This document shows positions 38,714 to 48,038 of a DNA stretch of 64,000 nucleotides, in pieces. The stretch's first letter is position 1, and the number at the start of each line of letters is the position of its first letter. This DNA is from Campylobacterales bacterium (GTDB lineage Bacteria > Campylobacterota > Campylobacteria > Campylobacterales > Sulfurimonadaceae), in NCBI GenBank assembly GCA_038205935.1, contig JBBRBK010000002.1, forward strand, positions 37,839 through 101,838. Reading direction: 5' to 3'. The position numbers and the translations under genes were made by a program. Below the pieces are notes generated by a model that saw nothing but the letters and a program-made list of their open reading frames with translations, was not told the DNA's origin and did not search any database.

Positions 38714-39553
38714 CTATTTTTGGCTGTTTATGTAGTGAGTAATTGAAGATTTATACTTGTTGGTATTATTTTCTTTAATGATAATTTCAAAATTACTTAA
38801 AAATCCTATGGCTTTAGAATTATAGTCTTTTGGTATAGACTCATTTATCAAGTTATTAAGTTCAGTTTCTAATGCTTTTTTTCCTTCTTTTTTATCATCA
38901 TATTCTTTTATTTGCTTGTTTATATTTTCTATCTTTATATTGTTTATTTCAAATTGTTTATCATAATCCCTTTTTATTAAGTATTTTATGTCTCTATAAA
39001 GTTGATACTTTGCAGTAGATCTTAAACAATAATCATTATTTTTCAATTGCTTGATGTGTTTAATCAATATTTTTATTTCATCTTCTACACCTTGATATAA
39101 GCTTTTATCTACTTCTTTAATACCTAAAATTATTTTTTCAAAATCACGATTTCTTAAAACATTATTTTGCTTTTGTTTTGTATAGTTTAATAAGTATCTT
39201 CTTACTTTACATAACTCTTTTAGCTCTCTCTCTGATTGTTTCGGCGTTAATCTATCTCTTATATTTTTGAGCGTTTGGGCTTCATTATCAAAGTAGTTTT
39301 TTATATTATAATAAATAAGCTCTTTTGTAGTTGCTTCGTTAATAGTATCGATTACTCTCGGAGGTTGAGAAATACTAGAGCGGAACGTTAGCCCAATAGT
39401 ATTGATTACTCTCTCATCTTTAATATCAATAACATAAGTTTGTGAAGTAATGCCCTCATTGTTTGATAATTTTAAATAATTCCAGTCTATTACTACATCA
39501 TTTATTTTAGATAAATCTTTATCAGTTGGATAAAATCTTGGATACTCTCTCAT
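38714..39553 (-). CDS. Hypothetical Lys/Asn/Ile-rich protein coupled to the integrase
   Basis: 279-aa ORF; ATGA overlap with the integrase stop. Confidence 0.75.
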   Translation of the reverse strand: MREYPRFYPTDKDLSKINDVVIDWNYLKLSNNEGITSQTYVIDIKDERVINTIGLTFRSSISQPPRVIDTINEATTKELIYYNIKNYFDNEAQTLKNIRDRLTPKQSERELKELCKVRRYLLNYTKQKQNNVLRNRDFEKIILGIKEVDKSLYQGVEDEIKILIKHIKQLKNNDYCLRSTAKYQLYRDIKYLIKRDYDKQFEINNIKIENINKQIKEYDDKKEGKKALETELNNLINESIPKDYNSKAIGFLSNFEIIIKENNTNKYKSSITHYINSQK

Positions 39554-40647
39554 CTATAAAGCCCTTGTATAGCGTTCATTCCATTTTCAGGACTTAGTTT
39601 TGCATATCTTAAAGTTTGTTCTATTTGGGAGTGGTTCATTAATTTCATAATTGTAAAGATAGGAATTTCATTGATTGCTAAATGTGAGGCGAATGAATGC
39701 CTAAAACTATGGATTACGGCTCTGTTTTTAGTATCCTTAACATCAAGCCCTTTATTGAATAGCTCATCTAATAAGGGCTTCAATCTGTGTTGTATTTGCC
39801 TTTGAGTGAATTTCTCGCTGTGGATATTCTCATAACTGATTAAATAATCATTTACGCTCAAAGTTTTTAAATACGCTCTTATGCTCTCTAAGAAATCTTT
39901 TTGTAAGTAGCCTGTATATGTTTTTTCAGTTTTGAAATTATGGAGTGTAACCGTTCCGCTTGATAAATTAATATCTTTTTTTTGTATGCTTAGTATTGTT
40001 TCAAATCTTCCGCCTGTTTGGAGTGCTAAATTTACAAAGGTACTAAGTAGAAAATTATCTTTTATGCTCTCTTGGAGTTGCTTAATTTCTTGGATAGATA
40101 AATATCGTTCCCTGCTATTATCTATTTTAAAAGTTTTTGTACCTATGCAAGGGTTTAGCATCTTTAAGTTATGTTCTTTGATACTGTGATTGTATATCAC
40201 ACTAACAAGCTCTTTAATACTTTTGAGCGTTTGATTTGCTTTACCTGTTGCTTTTACATCATCAAGTAATGTATCTATGCTCTCTTTGCTTATGTTCTGA
40301 ATATCTTTTGAGCCTAAAACATTCTTTATGTGAATATTGTAACGGCTCATTCTGTTTGGAGTGCTACTCTTATCTTGGAAGTATGTTTGTGCTAAATCAT
40401 CAAAGGTTACTATCTCGGTTTTTTTCTTATTTGCAATTACTGTTATATCTTTGCCGTGCTTCATCTTTGATAATTGTTCAGCTCTAAGAGTAAAGGCGGT
40501 TTCTTGCCTCATACCATCGGAATATTTACCAACATTTACCCACTTCTTTTTTTTATTATCATTTATATCATTGTAAGTAAAATAAAAAGCTTTATCATCA
40601 TCTTCTAAAGGATTGTAATATACACCTGTTTTTTTCGTTTTAATCAT
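39550..40647 (-). CDS. Tyrosine recombinase / integrase
   Basis: TGGRFE (R), FKT (K), HSFRH (HxxR), MNH...TLRYA (H, Y); N-terminal arm-binding-like region. Confidence 0.95.
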   Translation of the reverse strand: MIKTKKTGVYYNPLEDDDKAFYFTYNDINDNKKKKWVNVGKYSDGMRQETAFTLRAEQLSKMKHGKDITVIANKKKTEIVTFDDLAQTYFQDKSSTPNRMSRYNIHIKNVLGSKDIQNISKESIDTLLDDVKATGKANQTLKSIKELVSVIYNHSIKEHNLKMLNPCIGTKTFKIDNSRERYLSIQEIKQLQESIKDNFLLSTFVNLALQTGGRFETILSIQKKDINLSSGTVTLHNFKTEKTYTGYLQKDFLESIRAYLKTLSVNDYLISYENIHSEKFTQRQIQHRLKPLLDELFNKGLDVKDTKNRAVIHSFRHSFASHLAINEIPIFTIMKLMNHSQIEQTLRYAKLSPENGMNAIQGLYR

Positions 40648-40664
40648 TGCATAAACCCCTTTAT

Positions 40665-40700
40665 ATTTCTACCTCATTTATACCTAAAGAGGGTAGAAAT
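40665..40700. repeat. Candidate integrase arm-type sites (right)
   Basis: ATTTCTACCTCATTTATACCTA, then AGGGTAGAAAT (inverted ATTTCTACCCT). Confidence 0.65.
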
Positions 40701-40816
40701 AGCATAAACTTGATTTAACTTGATTATTATTATACAATGTTTAAAGCCCTATGTAAAGGGGTTTGATTGAAGTTTTTATATACTTTAAGAAACTTGGAAA
40801 ATAGCCGTGTTTTGAT

Positions 40817-40836
40817 GTTATGAATCACGCCTGTAG
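40817..40836 (+). repeat. Right att site, the displaced original rpsU 3' end
   Basis: GT-TAT-GAA-TCA-CGC-CTG-TAG encodes YESRL-stop. Confidence 0.88.
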
Positions 40837-40841
40837 TAATT

Positions 40842-40859
40842 AGTCCTTCGGGACTTTTT
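40842..40859 (+). terminator. Intrinsic terminator, probably the original rpsU terminator
   Basis: AGTCC-TTCG-GGACT-TTTT with a C(UUCG)G tetraloop. Confidence 0.8.
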
Positions 40860-40925
40860 GCTCAACTCCGTTAAACCTCTTCTATCTACTCTTAATCTGA
40901 TATAATTTTAACAACACTAAAAAAC

Positions 40926-41813
40926 TTGCACAAAGGCACTCCTATTTTTTTAATTAACACACCCATATCTGAGCAGTTTAGCTCATTTTACACAAAAAAC
41001 AAGTTTGAAGATTTTGAGACGGCAATAGAATATTTCACAGTATTTGGTGGAGCAGAGATTAAAATTGATGCTACAAAACCACTTGATGAACTCATAATCA
41101 CTCATATACTCACCAACTACAACTTTTTACACAAGCAGGTTTCACAACTTGTAGATGTCGAAAAAGTGCCGCTTTTGAGCGCTCTCGCTCTTGGTGATGG
41201 ACGTATACATTCTGCATTTAAACGCGCACGTAGCTCAGATGCAAATGCCAGTGAAATAGCACAAGAACTGATGGATACAAATGTTGTAAGACTTCAAAAA
41301 TCAAGAAAACTATTCACAAGCTGGGTAGATGATGAAAGAGTGAGTGACAAGCTTCTTTTTACAACTCCATTTTTAAGATTTTGGTTTGCCTTTGTCGCGC
41401 CTATTTTTAAAGGAATCAAAGAGGGAAATTACTCTGAGTTTAATACACGCTACGAAAATAAGATCGTAGAGTTTAGAGAGGCTGTATTTAAAGAGCTTTC
41501 TTACGCGCTTATTACTAAAAGCTTTGAAGAGGATAAGATCGTCGAGATTGCAGGATATTGGGATCGAGATAGTGAAATTGATATCTACGCAACAACAAGC
41601 TCTGGAAAAGTTATAGTAGGTACATGTAAGTACTCAAATGCAAAAGTAAAAAAGAGTGAAATTGTTAAACTGCAAGAATTAAGTGCTAACGCGAAGATCA
41701 AAGCTGATATCTTTGTCCTCGTTGCAAAGAGCGGTTTTACAACTGAACTTAGAGGATTAAAAAGTGAAGAGCTAAAGCTTTTTAACTTGAAAAACCTTAA
41801 GAACTTGCTATAA
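40926..41813 (+). CDS. DUF234-like protein with C-terminal PD-(D/E)xK-type domain
   Basis: PFLRFWFAF, YWDRDSEIDI, GTCKYS. Confidence 0.8.
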   Translation: MHKGTPIFLINTPISEQFSSFYTKNKFEDFETAIEYFTVFGGAEIKIDATKPLDELIITHILTNYNFLHKQVSQLVDVEKVPLLSALALGDGRIHSAFKRARSSDANASEIAQELMDTNVVRLQKSRKLFTSWVDDERVSDKLLFTTPFLRFWFAFVAPIFKGIKEGNYSEFNTRYENKIVEFREAVFKELSYALITKSFEEDKIVEIAGYWDRDSEIDIYATTSSGKVIVGTCKYSNAKVKKSEIVKLQELSANAKIKADIFVLVAKSGFTTELRGLKSEELKLFNLKNLKNLL

Positions 41814-44067
41814 CAACTCTGTTTCTTCCAAACTCTTTAGCCATGTAAAGCGCGGAATCAGATTCTTTTACTAAAGTGTTAACATCTTGAGCACCGTTAT
41901 AGCAAGTGATACCAAAGCTTGCTGTGAGCTGATGGAGATTATTTGAGAAGTCATGTTCGGCGATTTTTTCTCTTAAATGCTCCGTCACTTTGAAAAGAGC
42001 ATCGATCTCGATTTGAGGGCAAATGATCATAAATTCCTCTCCACCCCAGCGTCCCGCACTGTCAGTATCACGGATATTTTCTTGTATGATGTTGGCAAAC
42101 TGTTTTAAAACATCATCTCCGACTTGGTGTCCATAGATATCGTTAACATCTTTAAAATGGTCGATATCAAGCATAATTACTCCAAAAACAGTGTCATATC
42201 TTTTTGCGAGTTTATACTGAAAGTCTAGTATTGCATCAATTTTCATTCTATTGTTTAAACCCGTTAGTGCGTCCGTTGTTGATAATTTCTCAAGTTTTTT
42301 ATTGTACTTTGAAAGTTCATGATATCTGTAAAAATAGATCAATGAAATAGCAAGAAGAAAGAGTAAAATTTTATACAAAACTGAATAGTTAACTCCTTTT
42401 GTTTCCTCTACGGAGATCCAATTATTAAAAATACTTTGTTTCTCTTTTTCAGAGATACTGTGTACTAATTTTTGAAATATATCATGTAGCATCGGCTCAT
42501 CGTTTCTTGTACCTATAGCAAGAGCAACATCCTCATTGACCCTTGAAGAGACTTTGAGTATCCCTGTATAATCATGTTGGATAATATAAGCTATACCCAC
42601 TAGATTATCAATATATCCGTAAAGCTCCCCATTTTCAACTTTTGTAAGACCTTCATGAATGTTTTTAACTTCTACAATTTGCATATTTGGATATTTGCTG
42701 TGGAGAATTTCAGCGATTGAATATCCTCGTACAACACCAATTTTTTTGTCTTTAAGTGTATAAAAATTTTCTGTATAGGGCTTGTCTATTTTTGTCGCAA
42801 CCACCAACGGAAGCTTGATATATGGATCTGTAAAATCCATATATTTTAATCTTAAAGGAGTTGCAGAGGCGAGTGTAAAAATATCACATTTTCTATTTTG
42901 TGCAGCTTCGAGACTCTCTTGCCAGCTTTTTGTAGGATAAAGTTCCATAGAGATATTGGAATTTTTTCTCAAAATATTGAAATAATCAGCCGCAATGCCT
43001 ACATGTTTATTATTTTTAATTGCTTCAAAAGGCATCCACGAGGGATCCGTACAAAGCTTGAGTGTTCCTTTAGCTTTTAGGTACTCAATTTCTGTTTTTG
43101 ATAGATCTGTGTTGTAGCTGATATCGTTATAGATAAAATCATCAAAGTCTAGGCTAGCATCATTTGCGACAAGCCCCATCTCTATAAAATCTTCAGCCAT
43201 AATGCGTACACGTCTTTTATCGATACTTCCTATTTTAAAAAGTGTAGGATTTACCATCTTTTGAATTTGCATTGCTTCAAATTCGAGCGCTTCGCGTGAT
43301 TTGTGTTGTGTATTGTATTTTTTTAAGATGAGATCTATAATTTCTTCTTTATGAGAAAGAGCATATTCCCACCCCTTGATACTTGCTTCTCTAAATTTTT
43401 TTGCTCTCTCTGGGTGGTTGATAAGCTCCTCTTTGGATGTAAAGAGATTGACATCATAGAACTCTGTTCCATAACTTGAAGGATTCAAGACATGGTATTT
43501 GATACCAGATTTATCTAGGTTATAGAGCTCATTAGAGCTAAAAACTACCATCGCATCTACTTTTTTATTAATAAAATCATTGACATTGAATGAGGGCGGT
43601 ACATTTGTAAAACTACTCATATCCATACCAAAATCTTTAAACATCATCAAAAAAGCGGTGCTTTTAAGAGAGTCTTGCACACCCATAATTTTTTTGCCCT
43701 TAAGGTCGCTTGGAAGCCGGATCTCTGGCTGTGTTACAAGAATAAGAGGGGAATGTTTGAAAAAATTTGCTAAAAAAACTATCGGCTTCCCATGCAGGTA
43801 ATCAACAATAAGATCAGAATAAGTGATGCCATAAGTAGATTTTTTATTCAAAACATCATCTATGATGTTCATCCCGTTTGTATACTCTTTGAAGGTAACA
43901 TCAAGACCGACATCTTTATAAAAACCCTTCTCTTGTGCAGCATAAAATCCCGCATATTCAAACTGATTTTTCCACTGAAACTGGAGAGAAACATCTTCAA
44001 GTTTGTCTGCGCCGTGAAGGGCGGAAAATAGGACCAATATGTATAAAATATTTATAAATCGCAACAT
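41797..44067 (-). CDS. Diguanylate cyclase with NMT1/THI5-like and PBP sensor domains
   Basis: QWKNQFEYAGFYAA, DPSWMPFE, TM, RWGGEEF. Confidence 0.9.
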   Translation of the reverse strand: MLRFINILYILVLFSALHGADKLEDVSLQFQWKNQFEYAGFYAAQEKGFYKDVGLDVTFKEYTNGMNIIDDVLNKKSTYGITYSDLIVDYLHGKPIVFLANFFKHSPLILVTQPEIRLPSDLKGKKIMGVQDSLKSTAFLMMFKDFGMDMSSFTNVPPSFNVNDFINKKVDAMVVFSSNELYNLDKSGIKYHVLNPSSYGTEFYDVNLFTSKEELINHPERAKKFREASIKGWEYALSHKEEIIDLILKKYNTQHKSREALEFEAMQIQKMVNPTLFKIGSIDKRRVRIMAEDFIEMGLVANDASLDFDDFIYNDISYNTDLSKTEIEYLKAKGTLKLCTDPSWMPFEAIKNNKHVGIAADYFNILRKNSNISMELYPTKSWQESLEAAQNRKCDIFTLASATPLRLKYMDFTDPYIKLPLVVATKIDKPYTENFYTLKDKKIGVVRGYSIAEILHSKYPNMQIVEVKNIHEGLTKVENGELYGYIDNLVGIAYIIQHDYTGILKVSSRVNEDVALAIGTRNDEPMLHDIFQKLVHSISEKEKQSIFNNWISVEETKGVNYSVLYKILLFLLAISLIYFYRYHELSKYNKKLEKLSTTDALTGLNNRMKIDAILDFQYKLAKRYDTVFGVIMLDIDHFKDVNDIYGHQVGDDVLKQFANIIQENIRDTDSAGRWGGEEFMIICPQIEIDALFKVTEHLREKIAEHDFSNNLHQLTASFGITCYNGAQDVNTLVKESDSALYMAKEFGRNRVVIASS

Positions 44068-44149
44068 CCTACGATTTTATCAGAAGAATTATTAAACTTT
44101 TCTGCCAAGCAAGTTATGTTACAATTGCAGTAATTTTAACATAGGATTT

Positions 44150-45316
44150 TTGATGCAATTTTCTGCTCCATTAAAAAGTAATTCAAAGCGTATTATGCTT
44201 TTAGGTTCGGGTGAATTAGGTAAAGAAGTGGCGATAGAAGCACAGCGTTTAGGACTTGAAGTGATCGCCGTAGACAGATACCAAAATGCTCCGGCTCACC
44301 ATGTGGCACATAGAAGTTACGTGGTAAATATGCAAGATAAAGAAGCAGTGCTTGAGATCATCAGACGTGAAAAGCCTGACTATATTTTGCCAGAGATTGA
44401 AGCCATTAGCATAGAGGCTCTTTTTGATGCAGAGAAAGAGGGATTTAACGTTATCCCAAACGCTGATGCGGTCAACAAAACGATGAACAGAAAAAATATC
44501 CGCCGTTTTGCAGCAGAAGAGTTAGATATCAAAACAGGTGCTTACGCTTTTGTTAGTACACTCGAAGGCTTAAAAGAGGAAGCTGAAAAACTTGGATTTC
44601 CTTGTGTTATCAAACCTGTTATGAGTAGTTCAGGACATGGTCAAAGTGTTGCAAGAAGTGCAGGTGACATAGACAAATCATGGGAGATAGCAAAAGAAGC
44701 GCGCGGCGATGCGAGTGAATTGATCGTTGAAGCGTTTGTTGATTTTGATTATGAGATCACGATGCTCACAGTGCGTAATGGCAAAGAAACAGTCTTTTGT
44801 GAGCCAATAGGTCACGAACAACGCGATGGCGACTATGTGTTTTCATGGCAGCCGATGCGTATGAGTGAAGTGGCAAAGAAAAATGCGCAGGAGATTGCGA
44901 AAAAGATTACAGACGGTCTTGGCGGACGTGGACTTTTCGGTGTTGAGATGTTTGTCAAAGGCGATGAAGTTTATTTCAGCGAAGTAAGCCCTCGCCCGCA
45001 CGACACGGGAATGGTTACACTCATCACTCAAAGTCAAAGTGAGTTTGCTCTTCACCTTCGTGCTGTACTTGGTTTGCCTCTTGGATTTACATTTTATGGA
45101 GACGGCGCATCAGCGGCATTTAAATCTGACAAACACTCATATACGCCACTTGTGGATGTAGATGAGTCACTCTTTACTAACAACTCGTTTGTAAGAGTGT
45201 TTTCAAAACCGGAATCCCATAAAGGCAGACGTATGGCTGTCGCTCTTGTTTTTGATGAAGTAGACGCGGCGCTCAAACAAGCTCGTGAGATTATTAGTAA
45301 TATCAAGGATGCATAA
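44150..45316 (+). CDS. purT: Formate-dependent GAR transformylase
   Basis: [32 protein letters not shown]. Confidence 0.97.
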   Translation: MMQFSAPLKSNSKRIMLLGSGELGKEVAIEAQRLGLEVIAVDRYQNAPAHHVAHRSYVVNMQDKEAVLEIIRREKPDYILPEIEAISIEALFDAEKEGFNVIPNADAVNKTMNRKNIRRFAAEELDIKTGAYAFVSTLEGLKEEAEKLGFPCVIKPVMSSSGHGQSVARSAGDIDKSWEIAKEARGDASELIVEAFVDFDYEITMLTVRNGKETVFCEPIGHEQRDGDYVFSWQPMRMSEVAKKNAQEIAKKITDGLGGRGLFGVEMFVKGDEVYFSEVSPRPHDTGMVTLITQSQSEFALHLRAVLGLPLGFTFYGDGASAAFKSDKHSYTPLVDVDESLFTNNSFVRVFSKPESHKGRRMAVALVFDEVDAALKQAREIISNIKDA

Positions 45317-45319
45317 GTT

Positions 45320-46240
45320 ATGAGAATTGTTTTACTCGATACCATCACTTTTGGTGATACTGATTTAAGTGGTTTTGATGTACTTGGTGAGGTTGTCGCT
45401 TACCAAAAAACTTCGCCCGAGGAACTTGATGAACGCATCGCTAACGCGGAAGTTATAGTTACAAACAAGGTTGTTATCTCCGATCTTTCGATGGATAAAG
45501 CAAAAGATCTTAAACTCATCTGTGTAGCAGCAACGGGAACAAACAATGTAGACATAGAAGCTGCAAAAGAGCGGGGGATTTCCGTGAAAAATGTAGTCGG
45601 CTACTCGACTGAGTCTGTCGTACAGCACACTTTTGCGATGCTTTTTTACCTGATAGAACATATGAAGTATTATGATGGCGCAGTTAAAGATGGTTTTTGG
45701 AGTAGAAGCGGCGTTTTTACAGATATCTCAAATCCATTTTTTGAAATAAGTGAAAAAAAATGGGGCATTATCGGGCTTGGAACTATCGGCAAGAAAGTAG
45801 CTGTTTTGGCAAAAGCTTTCGGATGTGACGTGAGTTATTTTTCTACAAGTGGGAAAAATAATGATACAGATTTTAAAAATATCTCACTTGAACAGCTCTT
45901 AAAAGAAAGTGATATTATCACGATACATGCACCTCTTAACGAGACGACAAATAACCTTTTAGATTATGAACAACTGCTTACATGTAAGCCTAATGCAGTG
46001 ATCTTAAACCTTGGTCGAGGCGGTATTATCAATGAAGAAGCTGTGGCAAAGATTATCGACGAAAAAGATCTCTTTTTTGGACTCGATGTTCTTACAAAAG
46101 AGCCTATAGACAATCATCATCCGCTTTTAAGCGTAAGAAATAGAAACAAACTGCTTATCACTCCGCACATTGCATGGACTTCCAAAGAAGCGCGCGACAC
46201 TTTGATAGCAAAGACCATAGAGAACATCCGTTCACTTTGA
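45320..46240 (+). CDS. D-2-hydroxyacid dehydrogenase
   Basis: ATGTNNVD, GLGTIG, NLGRGGII, TPHIAW. Confidence 0.93.
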   Translation: MRIVLLDTITFGDTDLSGFDVLGEVVAYQKTSPEELDERIANAEVIVTNKVVISDLSMDKAKDLKLICVAATGTNNVDIEAAKERGISVKNVVGYSTESVVQHTFAMLFYLIEHMKYYDGAVKDGFWSRSGVFTDISNPFFEISEKKWGIIGLGTIGKKVAVLAKAFGCDVSYFSTSGKNNDTDFKNISLEQLLKESDIITIHAPLNETTNNLLDYEQLLTCKPNAVILNLGRGGIINEEAVAKIIDEKDLFFGLDVLTKEPIDNHHPLLSVRNRNKLLITPHIAWTSKEARDTLIAKTIENIRSL

Positions 46241-46641
46241 TCGCACTCTCTCTCTTTTTCTCAGCTTTTTTGGCTGCGACGATTTTGCCCTTCTCTTCAG
46301 AAGTGGCGCTCTTCGCGGCTGTAGAAGCTGGTTTAGATAAACATACAGCTCTTCTTATTGCCTCTTCTGGAAACATCTTAGCAATTATATTGAACTACTA
46401 TCTTGGATACTTTTTATATGAAAAAACAAAAGAGAAACTTTTAAAAAATAAAACCACAAAAATGGCTTTACATGTAGGACATAACTACGGCTACTGGGCA
46501 CTTTTACTCTCATGGCTCCCAATCATCGGGGATCCTCTAACTTTAGTAGCTGGAATGGTAAGGCTGAACTTCTTTTACTTTTTGCTTATTGCCGCAACGT
46601 TAAGGATAGCTCGGTACATTGCAGTTCTTTATTTTTTATAA
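46237..46641 (+). CDS. YqaA/DedA-family membrane protein
   Basis: FLAATILPFSSE, WLPIIGDPL; TTG start overlapping the upstream stop preferred over 46174. Confidence 0.88.
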   Translation: MIALSLFFSAFLAATILPFSSEVALFAAVEAGLDKHTALLIASSGNILAIILNYYLGYFLYEKTKEKLLKNKTTKMALHVGHNYGYWALLLSWLPIIGDPLTLVAGMVRLNFFYFLLIAATLRIARYIAVLYFL

Positions 46642-46654
46642 GTATTTAACTCAA

Positions 46655-48037
46655 TTATATTTGCTCTCTACTTACTTCCACTCTATTTCTTCCCAAATGT
46701 TTTGCTTTGTAGAGTGCTTCATCTGCACGCTTAAAAAGAGTTGTTTTATCATCATCACTTTGTAGCTGTGCTACACCAAAACTAATTGTAAGATTCTTTT
46801 CAACATAACTAAAAGAATGGTTTTGGACAATATTTCTAAGATTTTCTGCTAAAGTGTATGCTCCATCTAAGCCAGTCATAGGAGTTAAAACAATAAACTC
46901 TTCACCGCCCCAACGTGCGAAAATATCTCCATTTTTGATCTTCGAACCAATAAGTGTAGCAATGTCTACAAGGATCACATCTCCTGCTTGATGTCCATAA
47001 GTGTCATTAATGAGTTTAAAATTATCAATATCAAAGATTAGCAAACTCAAAGGCTGATTGTTTTGTTTAGCATTTGCAATTTCAATGACAAAATAGTTTT
47101 CAAAATTTTCTCTATTATTGATTCCTGTTAGATTATCTTTATAAACTTTCTTTTCCAGAGAATTTGTCATAGAGTAAAGTTCATCAACCTTATGTTTCAT
47201 TGCTTTATTGATATTTCTCAACTGCTGTTTAGTCTCTTCGAGCTCTGTGATGTCGTGACGAACAGCGATGTATTCCACAACATCTCCATCTACATCCAAA
47301 ATAGGAATAATGGTAGTATCTACGATATATTGGCTTCCATCTTTTTTCATATTTGTCACGATGCCGTTCCAACTTTTTTTCGCTTTGATTGTGTCCCAAA
47401 GCTCTTTAAACGCCTCTCGTGGCATATCTGGATGACGGATTATATTATGTGGCTTGCCTATAAGATCATCTCTGGTATATCCTGATATCTCACAAAATTT
47501 ATCATTTACATAAGTGATTACACCCTTTGGATTTGTTTTTGAGACAATATTGCTGAGATCCACAGCTTTTTTGTATTCAGCTAAAAGATTGGAGTTTTCA
47601 CTTTTATAGTTTTCATTGCTTTTGATGATGGTTTCAAAATTGGATGCAAGATCATTTGCCATAGCAAGTGTGAGTGAATCTATCTCACTTTGGAGTGCAA
47701 ATGAGAGATTGCCATTTTCAAAAATAACCTGCTCTATTGAACTTTTGAGTATTAAAATGAGTGTAAAAAGATCTGCTGTCGTAACATTATAGTTATTTAA
47801 AAGCTGTAAAAAATCAATTTTCACTTGGCATTCTGTTATGGTTGAGCCCCATTCTATTACACTGATAAAACAGTCACAAAACTCGTAAAAGAGATGCATA
47901 TTTTTCTCAATGATAGGCAAAGAGTGTCTATGAAGAACATTTTGTACTTCACTTTTATCCATCCATCGCTTGATAATATCATTGCGATGAACACGTAAAA
48001 AATAGGAAAATTCTTGTGTGTTAATAATCTTTATCAT
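46655..48037 (-). CDS. PAS-GGDEF diguanylate cyclase
   Basis: PHNIIRHPDMP PAS; RWGGEEF. Confidence 0.92.
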   Translation of the reverse strand: MIKIINTQEFSYFLRVHRNDIIKRWMDKSEVQNVLHRHSLPIIEKNMHLFYEFCDCFISVIEWGSTITECQVKIDFLQLLNNYNVTTADLFTLILILKSSIEQVIFENGNLSFALQSEIDSLTLAMANDLASNFETIIKSNENYKSENSNLLAEYKKAVDLSNIVSKTNPKGVITYVNDKFCEISGYTRDDLIGKPHNIIRHPDMPREAFKELWDTIKAKKSWNGIVTNMKKDGSQYIVDTTIIPILDVDGDVVEYIAVRHDITELEETKQQLRNINKAMKHKVDELYSMTNSLEKKVYKDNLTGINNRENFENYFVIEIANAKQNNQPLSLLIFDIDNFKLINDTYGHQAGDVILVDIATLIGSKIKNGDIFARWGGEEFIVLTPMTGLDGAYTLAENLRNIVQNHSFSYVEKNLTISFGVAQLQSDDDKTTLFKRADEALYKAKHLGRNRVEVSREQI

Positions 48038-48038
48038 C

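Larger units (their letters stand above)
34993..40836. mobile_element. About 5.8-kb integrative element (satellite-like or mobilizable) inserted in the 3' end of rpsU
   Basis: Flanking 16/20 direct repeats, tyrosine integrase at one end, ten co-oriented ORFs, visibly more AT-rich than the flanks. Confidence 0.9.

Noticed and set aside
34993..40836. Complete prophage or ICE
   Set aside because: No recognisable capsid, large terminase, tail, lysis or conjugation genes.
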